A stretch of DNA of 64,000 nucleotides from Bdellovibrionales bacterium (GTDB lineage Bacteria > Bdellovibrionota > Bdellovibrionia > Bdellovibrionales > DASUEL01): assembly GCA_050250255.1 (NCBI GenBank), contig JBFWOZ010000008.1, forward strand, positions 1 to 64,000, read 5' to 3'. The notes under the pieces were generated by a model. That model searched no databases. It was not told the origin of the DNA and was given only the letters and a program-made list of their open reading frames with translations. Position numbers and translations under genes: made by a program. This document shows, piece after piece, positions 8,855 to 18,812 of the stretch (the first letter of the stretch is position 1; every line of letters begins with the position of its first letter).

Positions 8855-10198
8855 TTACTTCTTTGATAATTCCTCGAAAATCTCCGGCATGTCTAATCGC
8901 CCACCCCAAATGGTACGGGACATGCTTCGCTGATCAGAGGTGATATGTCGGCTCATTACCGAAGTTAATTCATCAAAACTCAAATGAGGATAATGACTTT
9001 TGATTAATCCCACGCATCCCGCAACTCCGGGAGAAGCCATGCTTGTTCCACTCATGGACTGATAAGTGTTTCCCGGAGTCGTGCTATAGACATCTGCTCC
9101 TCCCATAGAAACGTGAACCGAATTTCTTCCATAATTAGACCAAGGGGTCATCCCAGAACTACTCGTTTCATAGAGCGCAGCCACTGTAATAAGACCTGGA
9201 ACTTTAAATTCTGCTGGATAAGCTTTGCCCTCTAGATCCAAATTTTTTCCATCATTTCCGGCAGCCACAACGTTGAGAACTCCAGCTTGAGAGGCCGCTT
9301 TGAAAGCGTCTTCGAGCGCTGGGTTGTACTCATCGCTCCCCCAGGAGCTATTGATCACAGTGGCTTTCATTTTTACCGCGTACTCGATGGCTTCAATCGC
9401 ATCCGCATCCGTGCCCGAACCATTGGCTCCCATAAATTTTAATCCCATGATGGAGCATCGAGGACAATGTCCGGCAATTCCCACACCGTTCCCACCAACG
9501 GCAGCGGCAATTCCCGCTACGTGTGTTCCGTGATTATGGTCGTCATAAGGTTTAGATTTTTTTCCGGCAAAATCATATCCAACGACGTCATCGATGTAAC
9601 CGTTCTCGTCATCATCCACACCGTTGGTTTCTTTTGGGCGATTTTGTGAGTCGACCCCTGTCTCACCTGGATTACGCCAAAGATTAGCGACAAGATCAGG
9701 ATGAGTGTAATCGATTCCCGTATCAAGAACCGCAATGATTGTATCGGGATGACCAATGGCTTGATAATTCTTCCACACAAGTCGCGTACCACTTTGGTAG
9801 TCACTCGTACCGTAATTCAAACTTTCTTTGGGGTCCGTTTTCCACGTGGTGGGCTGCGGAACAAAAGCAGGAATTGCCGGCACATCTTTTGGTTTAGGAG
9901 GCTTCGGCGAACCCATATTCACCCGACGTACATAATTGGGTACGACGTAGTCAGCACCTAATTCCTTTTTGAGAGCCTCCAAGGTTTTTTGCGCGTCCTT
10001 TTCAGAAACGTTCACACGCATAAGGCCAGGCACAATTTCATATTTTTTTAGAACCGTCGACTGAGTTCGCTTAACCACAGATTCCACATTCGCGGCAGAA
10101 GACCTGAAAGAGTGAGGGTTCACGCGAATTAAATATTCAGCGGCAAGTCCTGATGAAGCGCATAAAGAAATAAAAAGTAGAGAAAAAAGATTTTTCAT
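8855..10198 (-). CDS. Secreted S8 family serine peptidase (subtilase)
   Basis: Signal peptide; catalytic triad AVLDTG, HGTHVAG, GTSMASP; AAGN oxyanion motif. Confidence 0.95.
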   Translation of the reverse strand: MKNLFSLLFISLCASSGLAAEYLIRVNPHSFRSSAANVESVVKRTQSTVLKKYEIVPGLMRVNVSEKDAQKTLEALKKELGADYVVPNYVRRVNMGSPKPPKPKDVPAIPAFVPQPTTWKTDPKESLNYGTSDYQSGTRLVWKNYQAIGHPDTIIAVLDTGIDYTHPDLVANLWRNPGETGVDSQNRPKETNGVDDDENGYIDDVVGYDFAGKKSKPYDDHNHGTHVAGIAAAVGGNGVGIAGHCPRCSIMGLKFMGANGSGTDADAIEAIEYAVKMKATVINSSWGSDEYNPALEDAFKAASQAGVLNVVAAGNDGKNLDLEGKAYPAEFKVPGLITVAALYETSSSGMTPWSNYGRNSVHVSMGGADVYSTTPGNTYQSMSGTSMASPGVAGCVGLIKSHYPHLSFDELTSVMSRHITSDQRSMSRTIWGGRLDMPEIFEELSKK

Positions 10199-10368
10199 GT
10201 GTCTGCCCTCCTTAGCAACAGTAGAGGGGACGATGGGATCTCGCGGCTCGGTTAAAGAATAAAAAAAACTAGACCCGTTGGCAGCTCTGTTAGACCTTTA
10301 TTAATAGATGTATTATAAGAAGCGGCTTCCAAAATTAGTCAAAAAAGTCCAATAGGAGTACGTAAGTA

Positions 10369-10722
10369 ATGAAAGATCCGACCTGCCCGAAATGTAATTC
10401 AGAAAATACCTATCACGATGGCAATGTTTGGGTTTGCCCTTCCTGCGCCCATGAATGGAATCCAGAAGCGGAAGTGCCACCCACCTCGGATCTATCAACC
10501 GTGCGCGTGTTTAAAGATGCCCATGGCAATATCTTACAGGATGGCGACGCCGTGACCGTGATCAAAGATTTAAAGATCAAAGGGAGTTCACAAGTTGTTA
10601 AAGTGGGAACAAAGGTGAAAAACATTCGCCTTGTTGACGGTAACGACGGACACGACATTGCCTGTAAGATAGATGGCTTTGGCGCCATGAATCTCAAATC
10701 AGAATTTGTTAAAAAGGCTTAA
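10369..10722 (+). CDS. PhnA/YjdM zinc-ribbon protein
   Basis: CPKC...[31 protein letters not shown]. Confidence 0.92.
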   Translation: MKDPTCPKCNSENTYHDGNVWVCPSCAHEWNPEAEVPPTSDLSTVRVFKDAHGNILQDGDAVTVIKDLKIKGSSQVVKVGTKVKNIRLVDGNDGHDIACKIDGFGAMNLKSEFVKKA

Positions 10723-10829
10723 GCCGATGCCCCCCCCACTGCCAACGGCTAGAGGTACTGAAGCTTTTGAAGATACAGTGGCTCCGCCTATTACATTGCA
10801 GGCGCGAGATGAGCAATGCGTTAACGCAT

Positions 10830-12944
10830 TCAGAGAAGAGACGCTAGACTTTTAGCCTTCAACTCTTCACATACATTTTTCTGATTTGCAGATTTATAAA
10901 AGAGATTCGGCGGAGCTCCCATGCCTAGCAATGGCTTGCGAGCATCCAAAAACTTTTTATACAAAGATGCATCCATTTGTGGATCCAAGAGTTCCGTCCA
11001 GACGTAATTCTCAAGTCCACGGTTTGAGAAATTGGGAACATAGCTTGGCTTATTAAAATTAAATGGCGTGAACCAATCAGACATATCCACCATATTGTTT
11101 TCGACCACATAACGAAGTTGAACTGTTCTTTGAATATCAAAGTTACGACCTGCCTGATCGTAATAATTCGTTATTCCAAATTTCCCTTGTAAAACGTAAC
11201 GTCCTTGAGGTGCTCCCGGTGTGAAAGCTTCAAGTAACTGCATACGATTCGCCAATTCCTCTGACGACTTTTTGATCGTATCTGCCATGAGGTACTGATA
11301 CGGGAGAAGAAATCGAGAACGTCTCTCTTCTGGAATAAATTCTTCTATCGACATTTCCGAGCAAGAGAGGGCCGCTAAAGCTGCATATCGAAAAGGTCTG
11401 AGCGTCACATTAGTCGAAAGTTTTCTCGTAATACTTTCGGTCATAAGATTCTCTGTGAAAAAATCCATTTTTATATTTTGTCCAAATATGAACGCCTGTT
11501 TACCAAAAAGTCCTGTCACTGGCTGAGTATCAAAAGCAGGGAGATGCTGGTACCGACCTTTATGTTTGTTTTTTAAATAACGTTGATAATACGGTTTCTC
11601 AGCAGGAAACTGGCTTTCCATTTCTCCTTGAAATTTCCCAGGCCAAAACACCCAATTATCCCATAAGGGCCTTGGGGACGTTCCATGGCAGCCTAAACAT
11701 TTTGGCGGATTCGCATTGGAAACCGTAACTTTCCCGTCGTTGGCAAAATGAATATCGCGAAATTCAAAAGTCTTCGTTTCATCACGAAACTGCATGAGTT
11801 CTAAATTGTTAAAACCTTTTTGAGTTTTGTGACCGTTAAAAGTGATCATCAATTTTCCATCACGGCCGTAAATGATTGTCTGAGGATAATCCGGTGAAGC
11901 ATCAATGGCGGCTTGAGTGGCATAAGCCAGAGTATAGTTAGAAATAAAATTGATTGGCAGAAGTGGCAAAAGCTCATCAACGGACTCCACACCACAATCA
12001 TGAATGAGCTTAGTTAAACGTTCAAAATTCAGCGGACCCACGTTCTGCGCATGACATCGGTTTTCTGTAGAGAGAACGATGTCCCTTGCTCCACGCCGCA
12101 GAAGATAATCAATGGTTGGCTGATCTTGATTTTCGCGCGCAAGACTAAGAGCGGTATCTCCCGCATCCGATCTTGCGTTCACATTGACGCTAAAAGTTTC
12201 TACTAAATACTTTACAGCAGCGATGTTCTTTTTCTGTGCGGCTTCATGAAGAGGGGTTACGCCGTTTTTCATTGGAAGACCAGCAAAACGTTTTTGCTCT
12301 GCAAGAGATAGTCGATCCATGAGCCTTTTTAAAAACAGCTCCTGCCCCACTTCAGGAAGTTTTGTAGCGGCTCTATGAGCAAAGTGCATCCCAAATCCCG
12401 TGATGGTTGTTTGCTTAAGACCTAAATCTAACAGTCGAAATAAATCAGCTTCTCGATTTCCTGTTGCGAGAAGATGGATCAATCCCCAGCCCGCGTAGTT
12501 TCCAATTTCTTTCGACAAGACATTAAGGTCAGGATTTTTACTGAGAAGTAACTCGAACATAGGCTTTGCCGATGGGATATTCGCGCCATAGCGGAGAACT
12601 ACATAGAGAGGAGAAAGACCACGGTAATCCGCTGGACTCACATCACCCCCTAAATCGACAAGATATTTCACAATCTCAAAAATCTTAGGGGCCTTTACAG
12701 GATCCGTGGAGGCGTAGGCCCAACTTTCAATCGCCACGCTCACAGCGTTCCCACCCGTTGGCCCAAGCGCATGGATATCGGCACCTTTTGCAACAAACTC
12801 TTTTGCTTTTTCTGGGTCAATATTTTGATATTTTGGTTGCTCGATCGCAAGTAACCACTTGTGAAAATCTAAGGTCACATCGGCCTTGGCAAAAACTCCT
12901 GTGAATAAAAAAACAAATAATATGATGACTTGAAAAGGATGCAT
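10830..12944 (-). CDS. Secreted ankyrin-repeat protein with a C-terminal CxxCH (putative c-type heme) domain
   Basis: Signal peptide; ankyrin motifs GLSPLY, GVTPLHEAA, GDTALSLA; NPPKCLGCHG; start set at ATG 12944 after a GGGGAA RBS. Confidence 0.75.
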   Translation of the reverse strand: MHPFQVIILFVFLFTGVFAKADVTLDFHKWLLAIEQPKYQNIDPEKAKEFVAKGADIHALGPTGGNAVSVAIESWAYASTDPVKAPKIFEIVKYLVDLGGDVSPADYRGLSPLYVVLRYGANIPSAKPMFELLLSKNPDLNVLSKEIGNYAGWGLIHLLATGNREADLFRLLDLGLKQTTITGFGMHFAHRAATKLPEVGQELFLKRLMDRLSLAEQKRFAGLPMKNGVTPLHEAAQKKNIAAVKYLVETFSVNVNARSDAGDTALSLARENQDQPTIDYLLRRGARDIVLSTENRCHAQNVGPLNFERLTKLIHDCGVESVDELLPLLPINFISNYTLAYATQAAIDASPDYPQTIIYGRDGKLMITFNGHKTQKGFNNLELMQFRDETKTFEFRDIHFANDGKVTVSNANPPKCLGCHGTSPRPLWDNWVFWPGKFQGEMESQFPAEKPYYQRYLKNKHKGRYQHLPAFDTQPVTGLFGKQAFIFGQNIKMDFFTENLMTESITRKLSTNVTLRPFRYAALAALSCSEMSIEEFIPEERRSRFLLPYQYLMADTIKKSSEELANRMQLLEAFTPGAPQGRYVLQGKFGITNYYDQAGRNFDIQRTVQLRYVVENNMVDMSDWFTPFNFNKPSYVPNFSNRGLENYVWTELLDPQMDASLYKKFLDARKPLLGMGAPPNLFYKSANQKNVCEELKAKSLASLL

Positions 12945-13088
12945 AATTCCCCCGGTTTGCTTATTGAAGAGTCTCCAAGCCGAAATGACAACACAAAAAG
13001 TTTGAGGGCCAAAACGCACTCCTTCAAAAAGGGAAAAGACATTATGATACGTTCAAGAAAGCCCCGCTCACACCCTATTTGCCTATAG

Positions 13089-13176
13089 GGAAGGAAGAAA
13101 TGTTACGCTTCAGGCTTCAATGAATATCTCATAAAGCCCATTCAAAAAAATCTTCTTATCCAGACTTTGAAGCACT
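13089..13176 (+). pseudogene. Remnant of a receiver-domain C-terminus
   Basis: Frame reads KCYASGFNEYLIKPIQKNLLIQTLKH (receiver end pattern C.xSG.xxYLxKP); preceded by in-frame TAG at 13086-13088. Confidence 0.6.
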
Positions 13177-16100
13177 CTATGCCTGAGCTGACTCTCTATT
13201 CATATACTTTTCGAACATAAGATAGAGCACCGGCAAGATCACAAGCGTGAGCAACGTTGAAGAGATAATTCCGCCGATCACCACCGTCGCAAGTGGCCTT
13301 TGCACTTCAGCTCCCACTCCTGAGGAAATCATCATCGGTAAAAATCCAAAGATCGCCACAAGCGCTGTCATCAAAACAGGACGCAACCGAATCAACGCTG
13401 CTTTTTTCACAAGCTCTACTCCTGACAATTTTTCTGTCAAACGTAGTTGATTAAAGTAATTCATCAATACCACTCCATTCAATACGGCAATCCCTGATAG
13501 AGCAATGAATCCAATTCCCGCAGATATGCTAAACGGCAAGCCCACAAGAATGAGATTTACGATTCCCCCTACAAGCGCCAGTGGTACACAACTAAAAATG
13601 AGAAGTGTCTGCGAGATGCTTCCAAATGCCGCATAAATCATCATCAGCACGAGGGCGAGAGCAACAGGTGTTAAGATCAGAAGTCTCTGTTTGGCTTGCT
13701 GGAGATTTTTGAAGTTGCCACCCCACTCAACAAAATATCCATCTGGAAACCTGACCTCTTCCTCTACTTTTTTACGTGCTTCACCTACGAAGGATTCCGT
13801 GTCTCTTCCGCGAAGATTAATGAGCACCGCCGAACGACGAGATGAATTTTCACGAGTCACCGAACCATAAGTCTCTTGAAATTTTAAATTCGCCACCTGA
13901 GAAAGTTCAGCCGTTGCATTAGCCGCCAAACCGACAGGCAACGACTTGATCGTATCTAAATCTTGTCTATGTTCTTCACTAAGACGTACAACAACGGGAA
14001 ACTTTCGGTCTCCTTCATAAATAAACCCCGCCTCTTCTCCACCAAGTGCAACCGACACAGATTCCAATATATCTGTAAGGTTAGCTCCAAAAGAAGACAA
14101 CTGAGCCGTTTTAGGTTCAATCCTTAAAACCGGAGAGGTCCCCGCCATATCCACTTCCACATCACCTGCTCCAGGCACCTGCGAAACTACCGACTGAATT
14201 TTTGCACCTAAATCTGTAATGATTTTTAAATCGGGACCAAAAATTTTCACTGCAACGTCAGCTCTGGTACCTTCCAGTAATTCATTAAAGCGCATTTGAA
14301 TGGGTTGGGAGGCTAGATAGTTTTGGCCCGGCAAATATTTTTCAAGCTTCGCAATGATTTCTACTACAAGCTCTTCATAACTTTTCTTAAATATTCCCTG
14401 ACTTGGCCATTCACTTCGTGGTTTGAGCATAATGTAAGCATCCGACACATTCACTCCCATAGGATCAGTCGCGACTTCGCTCGTGCCAATTCGTGAAAAG
14501 ACATGTTCCACTTCGGGAAACTCTTTAAGAATTTTATCGGCTCTTTCCTGAAACTCGATAGATTGAGTTAAGCTAATATTCACAGGGCGAATCATGTGGA
14601 AAGCAAAAGATCCTTCACCGAGCTGAGGGAGAAACTCAGAGCCTCTTGTCATCAAAAGACCCGCTCCTACAAACACTGCGACGACTCCAAAAGACAAAAC
14701 AGCTTTTTGTCTTTTAAATGCGGAAACCAAGAGAGGTTTATAAGTCTTTTCTGCAAGTTTCATCAAGAAAGGCTCTTGATCTTTAGAATTTCCAGAAAGC
14801 AAAAGACTTGCAAGGGCAGGAATGAATGTGAATGAAAGAAGCAAAGCACCCACAATGGCAATTGTGAACGTGGAAGCCATGGGGATAAACATCTTGCCTT
14901 CAATACCCGTCAACGCAAACACCGGTAGAAACACCACCACAATAATCAACTGTCCAAAACCTGCAGCCTTTCGAATTTCGATGGAGGCTTCGATCACAGC
15001 TTCTTTGACTTCATGACGGGTGAGCTTTCTCCTTAGACTTTCCGTTCTGGTCTGAATCAAACGAACACAGTTATCGATCACAATAACAGTTCCATCAACG
15101 ATGATCCCGAAATCCAGAGCTCCTAAACTCATGAGATTCCCTGACATACCTAAAGGTTTCATAACTAAAAATGTAAACAGAAGAGAGAGCGGAATCGTTA
15201 CGGCCGTGATCACTGCTGCGCGAGCATTTCCAATGAGGAGAAACAAAATCAAAATTACAAGTCCTGCGCCCATAAGAAGATTATGCTCTACTGTCGCAAG
15301 GGTGGCATTCACAAGCTGGGATCTATCGTAAACGGTCTTTAGCTTAAACTGCTCCGGCAAGGAGGCACTGATTTCTTTTATTTTTTCATCTACACGAAGA
15401 GCTACCGAACGACTATTTTCACCTAATAACATCATCGCGGTACCTAATACCACTTCGCGACCATTATAAGTCGCGGCTCCTGTCCTTAAATCTTTCCCAA
15501 GTGTCACTCTTGCGATGTCTCCAATCGTAAGTACACGAAAGTTATCTAAAGTTTTAACAGGAACTTTTTCGATATCTTGGACGGACTTTAAAATTCCAAC
15601 CCCTTGAACTAAAAATTGTTCTGCGGTCTGCTCAATGTACCCTCCGCCAACATTTTTATTGACCCGTCTTAAGGCTTCAATGATTTCTCCAAAATGAACA
15701 CGGAATGAAGCCATCTTTTTAGGATCTGGTTGAACGTGGAATTGTTTTTCATACCCTCCACTCGTATTCACTTCGGCGATTCCTTCTACAGTAAGAAGTC
15801 TTGGCTTAATAAACCAATCCTGCAGGGCTTTCACCTCCATAAGTTGCTCTAGCCGACCATTGCCTTCTTTTGGTTTCTTGAAGTCCACCACATATTGATA
15901 AATTTCTCCAAGGCCTGAGGAGATTGGTCCTAAGTTAGCCTCAGCATTTTGAGGTAGATCATTGATCACTGATTGCAGGCGTTCAGACACCAGCTGTCTC
16001 GCTCGATAAATATCAATATCGTCACGAAACACAACCGTCACTTGCGAGAGTCCAAATCGTGTAATAGATCTCACCTGCTGAACTCCTCCAATCCCTCTCA

Positions 16101-16314
16101 TAGAAGACTCCACTGGAAATGTGATCGTTCGTTCAATCTCTTCGGGAGCAAGTCCCTCAATTGTGGTGTTCACCTGAACTTGATTGTTTGTAATATCTGG
16201 TACGGCATCTATAGGAAGTTGTTGAAAACTGATGATGCCCACAATCACCATAAGCAGAGTCAAAAAAAGGACTAATCCTCGGTGATTTACTGAAAATCGA
16301 ATAATGGTATTCAT
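13177..16314 (-). CDS. czcA: CusA/CzcA family heavy-metal efflux RND transporter
   Basis: LPIDAVPDITNNQVQ, GNLMSLGALDFGIIVDG, RLRPVLMTALVA, GAEVQRPLATVVIGG; 1045 aa. Confidence 0.95.
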   Translation of the reverse strand: MNTIIRFSVNHRGLVLFLTLLMVIVGIISFQQLPIDAVPDITNNQVQVNTTIEGLAPEEIERTITFPVESSMRGIGGVQQVRSITRFGLSQVTVVFRDDIDIYRARQLVSERLQSVINDLPQNAEANLGPISSGLGEIYQYVVDFKKPKEGNGRLEQLMEVKALQDWFIKPRLLTVEGIAEVNTSGGYEKQFHVQPDPKKMASFRVHFGEIIEALRRVNKNVGGGYIEQTAEQFLVQGVGILKSVQDIEKVPVKTLDNFRVLTIGDIARVTLGKDLRTGAATYNGREVVLGTAMMLLGENSRSVALRVDEKIKEISASLPEQFKLKTVYDRSQLVNATLATVEHNLLMGAGLVILILFLLIGNARAAVITAVTIPLSLLFTFLVMKPLGMSGNLMSLGALDFGIIVDGTVIVIDNCVRLIQTRTESLRRKLTRHEVKEAVIEASIEIRKAAGFGQLIIVVVFLPVFALTGIEGKMFIPMASTFTIAIVGALLLSFTFIPALASLLLSGNSKDQEPFLMKLAEKTYKPLLVSAFKRQKAVLSFGVVAVFVGAGLLMTRGSEFLPQLGEGSFAFHMIRPVNISLTQSIEFQERADKILKEFPEVEHVFSRIGTSEVATDPMGVNVSDAYIMLKPRSEWPSQGIFKKSYEELVVEIIAKLEKYLPGQNYLASQPIQMRFNELLEGTRADVAVKIFGPDLKIITDLGAKIQSVVSQVPGAGDVEVDMAGTSPVLRIEPKTAQLSSFGANLTDILESVSVALGGEEAGFIYEGDRKFPVVVRLSEEHRQDLDTIKSLPVGLAANATAELSQVANLKFQETYGSVTRENSSRRSAVLINLRGRDTESFVGEARKKVEEEVRFPDGYFVEWGGNFKNLQQAKQRLLILTPVALALVLMMIYAAFGSISQTLLIFSCVPLALVGGIVNLILVGLPFSISAGIGFIALSGIAVLNGVVLMNYFNQLRLTEKLSGVELVKKAALIRLRPVLMTALVAIFGFLPMMISSGVGAEVQRPLATVVIGGIISSTLLTLVILPVLYLMFEKYMNRESAQA

Positions 16315-16328
16315 TTCTTACTCTTTTC

Positions 16329-16829
16329 TTAATGTGAATGTCCATGAGAAACGCCACCTTCAGCAGCTATTTCTGCAACTCTCAAGAAGGCGGCACCGCG
16401 AGTGATCACTTTGTCTGAAGATTTTAAGGATGGGCTTTCGACAAGTGCGCTGCTCCCATTTTTTTTCAGAATTTTTACCGAGATTCTTTTATAGCGATTT
16501 TCTCTCAATCGAAAAATAGAGACGGTGTCTTTTACTGTGACAAGAGCGTCCTTCGGAAGTGTAAGGTGCGCTCCTTTCACATCCAATGTCTGAATCGCAA
16601 AGCTCGCTGTCGCTTCAGACGAGAGCGTAAACCCTTCGGCATTGAAACTGGTAATGCCCTTCTCAGCACCTACAATGGGAGAACTCTCTTCGTGCTTATC
16701 CCCATGTTCATCAGCATGGGCTTCCTCGTGCTTTTCTGAATGACCGTGTTCATGCGTATGTTCGTCTTCCGCAAAAGCGACAGAGCAAGACAAAAAAGTA
16801 AATAATAAAATACTTCTTAAAACTTCCAT
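16329..16829 (-). CDS. Short His-rich periplasmic protein in the CzcB (adaptor) position
   Basis: Signal peptide; HTHEHGHSEKHEEAH tract; LPKDALV...LKSSDKVITRGA resembles an MFP C-terminus; ends HGHSH. Confidence 0.65.
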   Translation of the reverse strand: MEVLRSILLFTFLSCSVAFAEDEHTHEHGHSEKHEEAHADEHGDKHEESSPIVGAEKGITSFNAEGFTLSSEATASFAIQTLDVKGAHLTLPKDALVTVKDTVSIFRLRENRYKRISVKILKKNGSSALVESPSLKSSDKVITRGAAFLRVAEIAAEGGVSHGHSH

Positions 16830-18049
16830 TACAAAATCCCTTCAACATCTTTTCCGGCCAGAGACATAATTTCGACATACGAATCTAAAGCCAGCATCTC
16901 ATGTTCGTGCTGAGACTCTGTGAATTCAGTGATTTGACGGTGGGCCTCGATCACAATCCCACCTGCCGCCAAACCTTGTCGAAAGAGACTATCAATTTTT
17001 TCATGCTTTCTTGTGAGTTCCTTGCGACTTGAAGATTTCCTCAACGATTCTACGGCCGTTTTATATTTCTGAATGAGGATACTTTTCTCCACGAGAGATT
17101 TTTTTTGAGCATAATCTGACATGTATCTTGCTTGGGCCGCTTTGGTTTCTGCTAATTTCCTGGAACCGCTATTGAGTGAGAAGAGGGGAAGGCTCATCGA
17201 AACAAGAACTCCGTATTCCCAATGCTGATTTGGGCCCTCGATCGTACGTTCAGCGATAGGGCCTACATTTAACTCCGGGAGAGAAGCCCAGTTCACAACT
17301 CGCTGTTCAGCATCTGCTTTTTCGCTTTCGGCGATAAGCTTTTGCACACCAAAACCCGTACCGATATGACCTTCATCAAGACTCGGCCACTGATCCTTCA
17401 AAGGTGGAAGGTATTCTTTTTTCATTTCTTCCTGAGGTCCCCAAATCGCCTTCACTCTCGAAAGAATTTCCGACTTCTCAATCGCAAGATGATTCTTTTT
17501 AAGCTCGTAATCTCCCAGAGCAAGCTCTACAAGATTGAGGGTGATTTCTTGCTCCGGGCCTCGAGCACGACGGTCCTTCAACTGTCTCACCACTTTTTCA
17601 AAAGAACTTACGGCATCATCGCTGAGATGAGACTCCTCTTCGATCTGTCTCAAGCGATAAATATCTTTTAAAACTTCCTTTTTAATGCTCATAAGAGCTT
17701 CTTTAGATTCGATTTCTAAAATTCTTTGCTCCGCTTTACCGACCGCCCTCTCGGAACCTTTCGTCCAAACCTGAGAAAGCGGAACAGACAGAGCAATCTC
17801 CGTCGTTCCAATCTTTTCACCTAATTTACTTCCCGAGGTATCTTTAAGTTCAATTTCAGGGTTCTTAAGCTGGGTTGATCTTTCGAAAATCGCATCGCCT
17901 TCCAATGTCTTTAATTTAGCCACTTGAAACCCTGGATGTTTCACAATACTGCAACGATAAAAGTCTTTATAGTTTCGCATTGTCTGACAATTCGTATCGG
18001 CCGATAGTTTTAATGAAAAAAATAAGAATAAAAATATGGTTTTCACCAA
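16829..18049 (-). CDS. TolC/CzcC family outer-membrane efflux protein
   Basis: Signal peptide; NPEIEL and PELNVG repeat motifs, VSMSLPLFSLNSG; upstream of czcA. Confidence 0.8.
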   Translation of the reverse strand: MVKTIFLFLFFSLKLSADTNCQTMRNYKDFYRCSIVKHPGFQVAKLKTLEGDAIFERSTQLKNPEIELKDTSGSKLGEKIGTTEIALSVPLSQVWTKGSERAVGKAEQRILEIESKEALMSIKKEVLKDIYRLRQIEEESHLSDDAVSSFEKVVRQLKDRRARGPEQEITLNLVELALGDYELKKNHLAIEKSEILSRVKAIWGPQEEMKKEYLPPLKDQWPSLDEGHIGTGFGVQKLIAESEKADAEQRVVNWASLPELNVGPIAERTIEGPNQHWEYGVLVSMSLPLFSLNSGSRKLAETKAAQARYMSDYAQKKSLVEKSILIQKYKTAVESLRKSSSRKELTRKHEKIDSLFRQGLAAGGIVIEAHRQITEFTESQHEHEMLALDSYVEIMSLAGKDVEGIL

Positions 18050-18104
18050 TATACTCCTCTAGAAGAAAATAATTTTTAAAATGAAAATAAATAGATTCTA
18101 AATC

Positions 18105-18263
18105 TTAATCTCCAAACCTACCTGTATTCCATCTATCAAAGGCAGGATCGCGTTGACACGTTGAGTTTTCTGGTGTTTTCGCCTGACAGTTTTTTCGTTT
18201 CGAAGTCGTGGAACAGCCAGAAACAAATAGCGTAATCGCCACAATAAAAAATAATATGCGCAT
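18105..18263 (-). CDS. Small lipoprotein, 52 aa (below the ORF-track cut-off)
   Basis: MRILFFIVAITLFVSGCSTTSKRKNCQAKTPENSTCQRDPAFDRWNTGRFGD*; lipobox VSGC; GGAG RBS. Confidence 0.65.
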   Translation of the reverse strand: MRILFFIVAITLFVSGCSTTSKRKNCQAKTPENSTCQRDPAFDRWNTGRFGD

Positions 18264-18340
18264 ACTTTCTCCAAAGTTTTTTAGTCAGCAAAAAAGCTGA
18301 ACTGATGATTAAAGATTTTAAAAAAGATACCTAAATGAGA

Positions 18341-18676
18341 TTAGGCTTTTGGAGGACGCTTTAAAGTTTTAGCGTAAGGATGAGATACTGAAAAAACATA
18401 AGGGAAATACTTAATATTTTCAACTAAAGTAGCTTGAGAAACAAAGGGTCTCATTGCAATAAAAACGTGACATGTGGGGCATTGGTGACAGGTTGTGTGC
18501 GTATCATGCTCACTTGTGCTTTGGGAGTCAGAAGTAGTCACTGTACAAGAATGGTCAGCGCACACTTTTTGAGCTTCAATTCCTGCGAAAACCGCTAGTC
18601 CTTGAAAGATATCCTCCGCATAACAGGCGTCTAATACTGCAGAAAATATAATGAACGAAATAAGTAAAACACGCAT
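18341..18676 (-). CDS. CzcI/DUF2946-like metal-binding leader protein
   Basis: Signal-like N-terminus; HDTHTTCHQCPTCH; C-terminal KRPPKA; first gene of the czc-like locus. Confidence 0.7.
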   Translation of the reverse strand: MRVLLISFIIFSAVLDACYAEDIFQGLAVFAGIEAQKVCADHSCTVTTSDSQSTSEHDTHTTCHQCPTCHVFIAMRPFVSQATLVENIKYFPYVFSVSHPYAKTLKRPPKA

Positions 18677-18784
18677 GAAACTTCAGCTCCTAAAAAGGAA
18701 ATTACTTAAACTCCTTGGCTTTGACAAGCGTTCTATAGGTACGGACACACTTTTGGGACTAACCGCATAAAACGCATTTCAAAT

Positions 18785-18800
18785 CGGCATGGCGCTTGCC
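18785..18800 (+). promoter_or_regulatory. Putative sigma54 promoter of the RAYT gene
   Basis: CGGCATGGCGCTTGCC, a close match to TGGCACG-N4-TTGC, about 13 nt before ATG 18813. Confidence 0.55.
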
Positions 18801-18812
18801 TATCCAACTTGG

